Of a stretch of 64,000 nucleotides of DNA, positions 59,831 through 64,000 are shown in pieces. The DNA comes from a candidate division WWE3 bacterium UBA1379 (GTDB lineage Bacteria > Patescibacteriota > WWE3 > UBA101185 > UBA10185), in the NCBI GenBank assembly GCA_002305475.1, contig DBRB01000015.1, positions 72,987-136,986 on the forward strand, written 5' to 3'. The position numbers and the translations under genes were made by a program. The notes below the pieces were generated by a model. That model searched no databases and had not been told where the DNA came from. It worked only from the letters and a program-made list of their open reading frames with translations. The stretch's first letter is position 1; every line of letters starts with the position of its first letter.

Positions 59831-61057
59831 ATGGCTAAGATTAAAAGTATCACTGCCCATAAAATGCTGAATTCCCGTTCAGACTGGACTATCAGTACAC
59901 GGGTTATTCTAGATGACGGTTCTATCGGCGTGGAATTTGTTCCGGATGGTGCTTCCAAAGGCATTAATGAATCAATTTATCTTCCTGCAGATCAAGCGGT
60001 GGAGAAAGTTAATACAGTCGTATTAGCTCGATTAAAGGGCCTGGATGCTTCAGATCAGAAAAACATCGATAATATACTTTGCGAAATGGATGGAACGGAA
60101 AATGATAGAGTACTCGGTGGTAACAGTATACTTTCAATTTCTCTAGCAGTAGCAAAAGCATCGGCACAATCCGCTCAGAATCCTTTATACAAATATCTTG
60201 CTGAATTATTTGGAAACAAGGAAAGCTTAAGGCTTCCTACTCCTGTTTTTAATATCCTTAACGGAGGAAAACACGCTCAGAATGATCTATCATTTCAGGA
60301 GTTCATGGTAATCCCTTCTCCGAATTTTTCCTATCCTCAGGCTTTGGAAGTAGGAGTGAATATATATAAAGGGTTGAAAAAAGAACTGCATGACAATGGG
60401 TACAGTACCGGTGTGGGTGATGAAGGTGGTTTTGCACCCACAGGATTTAATCCAAAAACTGCGCTTAATATGATCAAAAATGTTGCCAAAAAAGATTACC
60501 ATCCTGGAGAGGATGTATTTTTTGGAATGGATATTGCAGCAGAGTCATTCTGGAATGGAAAAGAATATGAAATTAAGGAAGAAAGTCTTAAATTGGATGC
60601 GGAAAGTCTGATGAATTATTACGCGGACTTATTAAAAGAATATGAACTTATATATATGGAGGATCCCTACTTTGAACAAGACAGATCGGGATGGTATGAA
60701 TTTCACCAGAGGTACGGAAAAAAGCTGATGGTGGTGGCGGATGATCTGGTGGTGACTAATCCTAAATTTTTAAAAACAGCAATTGAAGAAAAACTGGCTA
60801 ATGCAGTAATTGTGAAACCAAATCAGGTAGGCACATTAACTGAAACACTCGAATTTATAAAAATGGCTAAAAAAGCAGGAATGAGCATAGTTGTATCACA
60901 CAGAAGCGGAGATACAGCAGAAGATACTTTTATTTCTGATCTTGCAGCAGCGGTTGGTGCAGAGTTTATTAAAAGCGGAGCACCGGCAAGAGGGGAAAGA
61001 GTAGCTAAATATAATCGACTGTTGGAAATCTATTATGAAATAGAAAACCGGATCTAG
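59831..61057 (+). CDS. eno: Enolase
   Basis: GAS, NGGKHA, QEFM, GVGDEGGFAP, KPNQVGT, SHRSG, ERVAKYNRLL. Confidence 0.95.
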   Translation: MAKIKSITAHKMLNSRSDWTISTRVILDDGSIGVEFVPDGASKGINESIYLPADQAVEKVNTVVLARLKGLDASDQKNIDNILCEMDGTENDRVLGGNSILSISLAVAKASAQSAQNPLYKYLAELFGNKESLRLPTPVFNILNGGKHAQNDLSFQEFMVIPSPNFSYPQALEVGVNIYKGLKKELHDNGYSTGVGDEGGFAPTGFNPKTALNMIKNVAKKDYHPGEDVFFGMDIAAESFWNGKEYEIKEESLKLDAESLMNYYADLLKEYELIYMEDPYFEQDRSGWYEFHQRYGKKLMVVADDLVVTNPKFLKTAIEEKLANAVIVKPNQVGTLTETLEFIKMAKKAGMSIVVSHRSGDTAEDTFISDLAAAVGAEFIKSGAPARGERVAKYNRLLEIYYEIENRI

Positions 61058-61077
61058 AATTAAAATAAAGATCCGGT
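61043..61077. terminator. Hairpin between convergent eno and orphan gene
   Basis: ACCGGATCT ... AGATCCGGT with A-run on the left. Confidence 0.5.
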
Positions 61078-61078
61078 A

Positions 61079-61396
61079 TTAAAAACAGTGAGTATAAATA
61101 ATCTTCTCATGCATCCTTATGTGAAATTCTACTTTGCATTCTTTACACCTTCCTTTTCGCATCTTATTGCCGTAGGTAAAATGAAGATCCACTTGATTAC
61201 CGCATCCACAAATTAATGTTTCTTGGCTTAAGGGAAAGAAATTTTGTGTATTAAATGTACACTTAATCGCAACACTTGAAGTTTTGTGTACCCATCCATG
61301 TTTATTATCAATAATTTCTTTATTTAAACTGCTAAATTTCTTTATCCACAATCTCCAGCTCTCACTAATGCTTTCGATTTCCCAGAATTCTCTCAT
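61079..61396 (-). CDS. Small orphan protein with putative zinc ribbon
   Basis: CGCG ... CKEC; SD GGAGG; TTGATT-17-TATAAT promoter at 61426-61454. Confidence 0.6.
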   Translation of the reverse strand: MREFWEIESISESWRLWIKKFSSLNKEIIDNKHGWVHKTSSVAIKCTFNTQNFFPLSQETLICGCGNQVDLHFTYGNKMRKGRCKECKVEFHIRMHEKIIYTHCF

Positions 61397-61474
61397 CCTG
61401 TCCTCCCATTTAGAAGATGAAACATATTATAATATCGCTATAAGATAAAATCAAATAGTTGTTATGTATTTTAA

Positions 61475-62164
61475 TTATTGAATTGAATATGCAGCGTAAT
61501 CCTGAGCTAAGGGAGTTTCTACAATAGCTGTTTCTTCATCATTTAAGTGTTCAAAATATCTTCTAAACCCTCTGATACTGTTCCCATGGCAAGATACTGC
61601 AACATTCATTTTGAATTGTTTCATTAAAGGTACTATTTCATCAATAAACTCATAGACTCTTTTACAGACCATTTCAATACTCTCTCCATTGGGAGGAATG
61701 TGATCAAATGATCTTCTATCCAACTTTAACTGTTCTGGATTTTCCAAGGCAACCATAAGTTTGCTTGTTCCTTGTAAATCACCGTAGCATCTTTCCCTTA
61801 ATCTTTTATCCTGATGTATCTCCATATCTTTTATTCTTTCATTCAGACTGACTGCAATCTGCATGGTTTTTACCGCTCGGATTTGATCGGATGCAATCAG
61901 CATATCCAGTTTTTTATCCTTCAATTTTTCTGCCAGTACTTTTGCCTGTCTTATCCCTTCATCCGTTAAATCCACATTCCTCCATCCGCTGAATATAAAA
62001 TCGGCATTGTCGGTTGTCTGTCCGTGACGGAAAACATACAAAATAGGGTACTCGAGATTTTCATCTTTAGGTAACGGTGTAATTTTTTTGTATGTAAGTA
62101 GTTCAACAGCCTGATCAATTTTTTCTTTAGGATATTTTTCTATAATCTGAGGATCGATATTCAT
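61475..62164 (-). CDS. gpmA: Histidine phosphatase, 2,3-BPG-dependent phosphoglycerate mutase-like
   Basis: RHGQT, FSGW.NV.LT, LRER.YG.LQG, PPNGES, HGNSIR. Confidence 0.8.
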   Translation of the reverse strand: MNIDPQIIEKYPKEKIDQAVELLTYKKITPLPKDENLEYPILYVFRHGQTTDNADFIFSGWRNVDLTDEGIRQAKVLAEKLKDKKLDMLIASDQIRAVKTMQIAVSLNERIKDMEIHQDKRLRERCYGDLQGTSKLMVALENPEQLKLDRRSFDHIPPNGESIEMVCKRVYEFIDEIVPLMKQFKMNVAVSCHGNSIRGFRRYFEHLNDEETAIVETPLAQDYAAYSIQ

Positions 62165-62205
62165 ACGCTATTAAAAGCATATCATGTATGTTATTATTTC
62201 TGAAT

Positions 62206-62883
62206 ATGTCGGAATTCTTTAGCGCACTTTTCAGCCACGATTTAAAAAATTTGATAGAACAGATAGGATATATCGGTGTCTGGGGAATCATTTTTGCTGA
62301 ATCCGGATTATTATTTGGGTTTTTTCTTCCGGGGGATAGTCTGATATTTACAGCAGGTCTCCTTGCTTCACCATTATTTAATTTTTTTAATATCTGGATT
62401 TTAATTACCGGTTCGTGGGTTGCAGCAATTGTGGGTGATAATGTGGGTTACGAATTCGGAAAAAGAGTGGGACGAAAACTTTTTAAAAAAGAAAAATCTA
62501 TCCTATTTAATCCTAAAAACCTTTTAAAAGCACAGGAATTTTATGAAAAACACGGAGGTAAAGCTATAGTTCTGGCAAGATTTATGCCGATAGTAAGAAC
62601 ATTTGCTCCCATTGTTGCAGGAATAGCTCATATGGATCACAAAAGATTTACATTATTTAATGCTATTGGAGGAACATTATGGGTTTGGGGTTTAACTTTA
62701 GCAGGATACTTTTTGGGTAGCATAATCCCCGATGTTGATAAATATTTACTACCAATTATTGGTTTGATTGTAATATTTTCCGTCCTTCCTCCCGTTCTGC
62801 ACTTGTATAAGGAGAATAAAAAGAGTTGGGATCAAAAGTTACTGGAGAATTTCCAACTCATCAGACATCGTTTGTTCAAATAA
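62206..62883 (+). CDS. dedA: DedA/VTT family membrane protein
   Basis: FAESGLLFGFFLPGDSL, GDNVGY, ARFMPIVRTFAP; probable start ATG 62206. Confidence 0.92.
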   Translation: MSEFFSALFSHDLKNLIEQIGYIGVWGIIFAESGLLFGFFLPGDSLIFTAGLLASPLFNFFNIWILITGSWVAAIVGDNVGYEFGKRVGRKLFKKEKSILFNPKNLLKAQEFYEKHGGKAIVLARFMPIVRTFAPIVAGIAHMDHKRFTLFNAIGGTLWVWGLTLAGYFLGSIIPDVDKYLLPIIGLIVIFSVLPPVLHLYKENKKSWDQKLLENFQLIRHRLFK

Positions 62884-62915
62884 CCTAATTATAAATAAAG
62901 AAAGGAGAAGGCGAA

Positions 62916-63098
62916 TTGGGTAATTCAGGTAAATCCCGAAAGGATTGGAGATCTTCATCTGGGGGTATTAATATCAATAACAACAGACCAGAAAATGAAA
63001 AATCCACATCGGAATTGGAAACACATTGTAAGGTAAGATCGTATCCCCCAATTAAGAATGGACACAGAACAAAAACTATACCTAATAATGGAAAGTAG
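62916..63098 (+). CDS. Possible small orphan protein
   Basis: SD AAGGAG before TTG; terminator follows; low-complexity product. Confidence 0.35.
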   Translation: MGNSGKSRKDWRSSSGGININNNRPENEKSTSELETHCKVRSYPPIKNGHRTKTIPNNGK

Positions 63099-63109
63099 GG
63101 GGATACTTC

Positions 63110-63144
63110 AGCCGGGTATTATTTTCGCCCGGCTTTGTTTTTTT
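63110..63144 (+). terminator. Intrinsic terminator
   Basis: AGCCGGG ... CCCGGCT + T-run. Confidence 0.75.
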
Positions 63145-63154
63145 AGAATAAATA

Positions 63155-63784
63155 CTATCTGAATTTTCTAATCACACCAGTGACTTTGCCCTGTATGGTT
63201 AGAGATTCTGCATCCACTATGATTGGATCCATGTTGTCGTTTGCGGGCTGTAGACGTATTTTCCCGTTCTTTTCTCTGTAAAAAGTCTTTAAAGTGGCAA
63301 AGTTGTTATCAATTAATGCCACCACGATTTCTCCATTTTCTGCCGTGTTCTGCTGTTGAATTACCACGTAATCTCCGTCGAAGATGCCCTCTTTAATCAT
63401 TGAATCCCCACGTACCTGAAGAACATAACAGCGTTTTGAGCGTGTTACCAGATCAGGGGAGACTAAAATGGTTTCGTTAGGATTTTCAATCGCATCAATG
63501 GGTTGACCGGCAGCAATAAAGCCTACTACCGGAAGTTCAATACCATTCAGTGCTGCGTTAACTTTTTCATCAAGGATTTCTATTCCTCTGACAGCGCCTT
63601 CATATCTTTTAATTACACCTTTTTTAACCAAAGCCTGTAAGTGTTCATGAACCGTGGCTAAAGAAGACAGACCCATGGCATCCGCGATTTCCTGCAGAGT
63701 AGGTGAAGTACTATTCTGTTGTATATACTGGGAAATATAATCTAAAATTTGACGCTGCTTTCTGTATAAAGTTATAGGACTCAT
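63155..63784 (-). CDS. lexA: SOS repressor LexA
   Basis: wHTH PTLQEIA..GL.S.ATVHEHL, IAAG cleavage site, GDSM Ser, TLK Lys. Confidence 0.95.
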   Translation of the reverse strand: MSPITLYRKQRQILDYISQYIQQNSTSPTLQEIADAMGLSSLATVHEHLQALVKKGVIKRYEGAVRGIEILDEKVNAALNGIELPVVGFIAAGQPIDAIENPNETILVSPDLVTRSKRCYVLQVRGDSMIKEGIFDGDYVVIQQQNTAENGEIVVALIDNNFATLKTFYREKNGKIRLQPANDNMDPIIVDAESLTIQGKVTGVIRKFR

Positions 63785-63838
63785 TAGATTCCTTTCTGGG
63801 CATAAAGCCTGAAATATATTTGGTATTTCTTTGGGTTA

Positions 63839-63868
63839 ATAATAACGAATGTTACCCGAAACTGTCAA
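63839..63868 (-). promoter_or_regulatory. lexA promoter with direct repeat in the spacer
   Basis: Minus strand TTGACA-18 nt-TATTAT; spacer holds TTCG-N7-TTCG. Confidence 0.6.
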
Positions 63869-64000
63869 CAGGTATTTTATTGAATATATAGTATTCCATT
63901 CTCTTTTATAATACCCATACAAAACCCAAAAATATTGTGTTACAATCTTTTTGTGTTTGAACTTAAATCAACCTACAAGCCAACAGGCGATCAACCCCTG

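Noticed and set aside
7446-60502. Numerous 60-137 aa ORFs nested in or antisense to recognised genes
   Set aside because: Overlap confident CDSs and lack motifs; treated as shadow ORFs
59831-61057. Enolase pseudo-enzyme because of divergent N-terminal motifs (SRSDWT, PDGAS)
   Set aside because: Catalytic His, Glu, Lys and the HRSG motif are retained
1-64000. CRISPR arrays, tRNA/rRNA genes, transposases, prophage, reverse transcriptase
   Set aside because: None seen by eye; intergenic gaps are short and show no regular repeat-spacer pattern or cloverleaf

Overview
AT-rich bacterial window read with the standard genetic code. Gene content (eukaryote/archaeal-type GlyRS, short AspRS, DUF4012-like protein, short RecO, minimal mraZ-rsmH-ftsL-ftsI block, many GT-C enzymes) suggests a CPR/Patescibacteria (Microgenomates/WWE3-like) genome; this is inference. 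About 1-42.8 kb is a large surface-glycan region with GT2/GT4 enzymes, many GT-C membrane glycosyltransferases, a flippase, a priming sugar transferase, a WbpB/WbpE-like pair, a GATase-WbpG fusion and an ACP/FabG/acyl-ligase/LuxE/LuxC/AcpS/acyltransferase module. The rest holds housekeeping genes (aspS, recO, glyQS, dcw, PMM, ppsA, eno, gpmA, dedA, lexA). Highlights: (1) a complete T-box riboswitch before aspS with an ultrashort Stem I, an Asp (GAC) specifier and an intrinsic terminator; (2) a CRP-linked WxL/pilin-like operon (subunit, DUF916-like anchor/chaperone broken by one in-frame TAA, large adhesin sharing the subunit domain) with two CRP boxes; (3) the Lux-like acyl-carrier module; (4) small orphan genes with strong Shine-Dalgarno sites, several with their own promoter and terminator, among apparently leaderless core genes; (5) candidate LexA and MraZ operators. 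All family calls come from motif recognition by eye; no searches were run.
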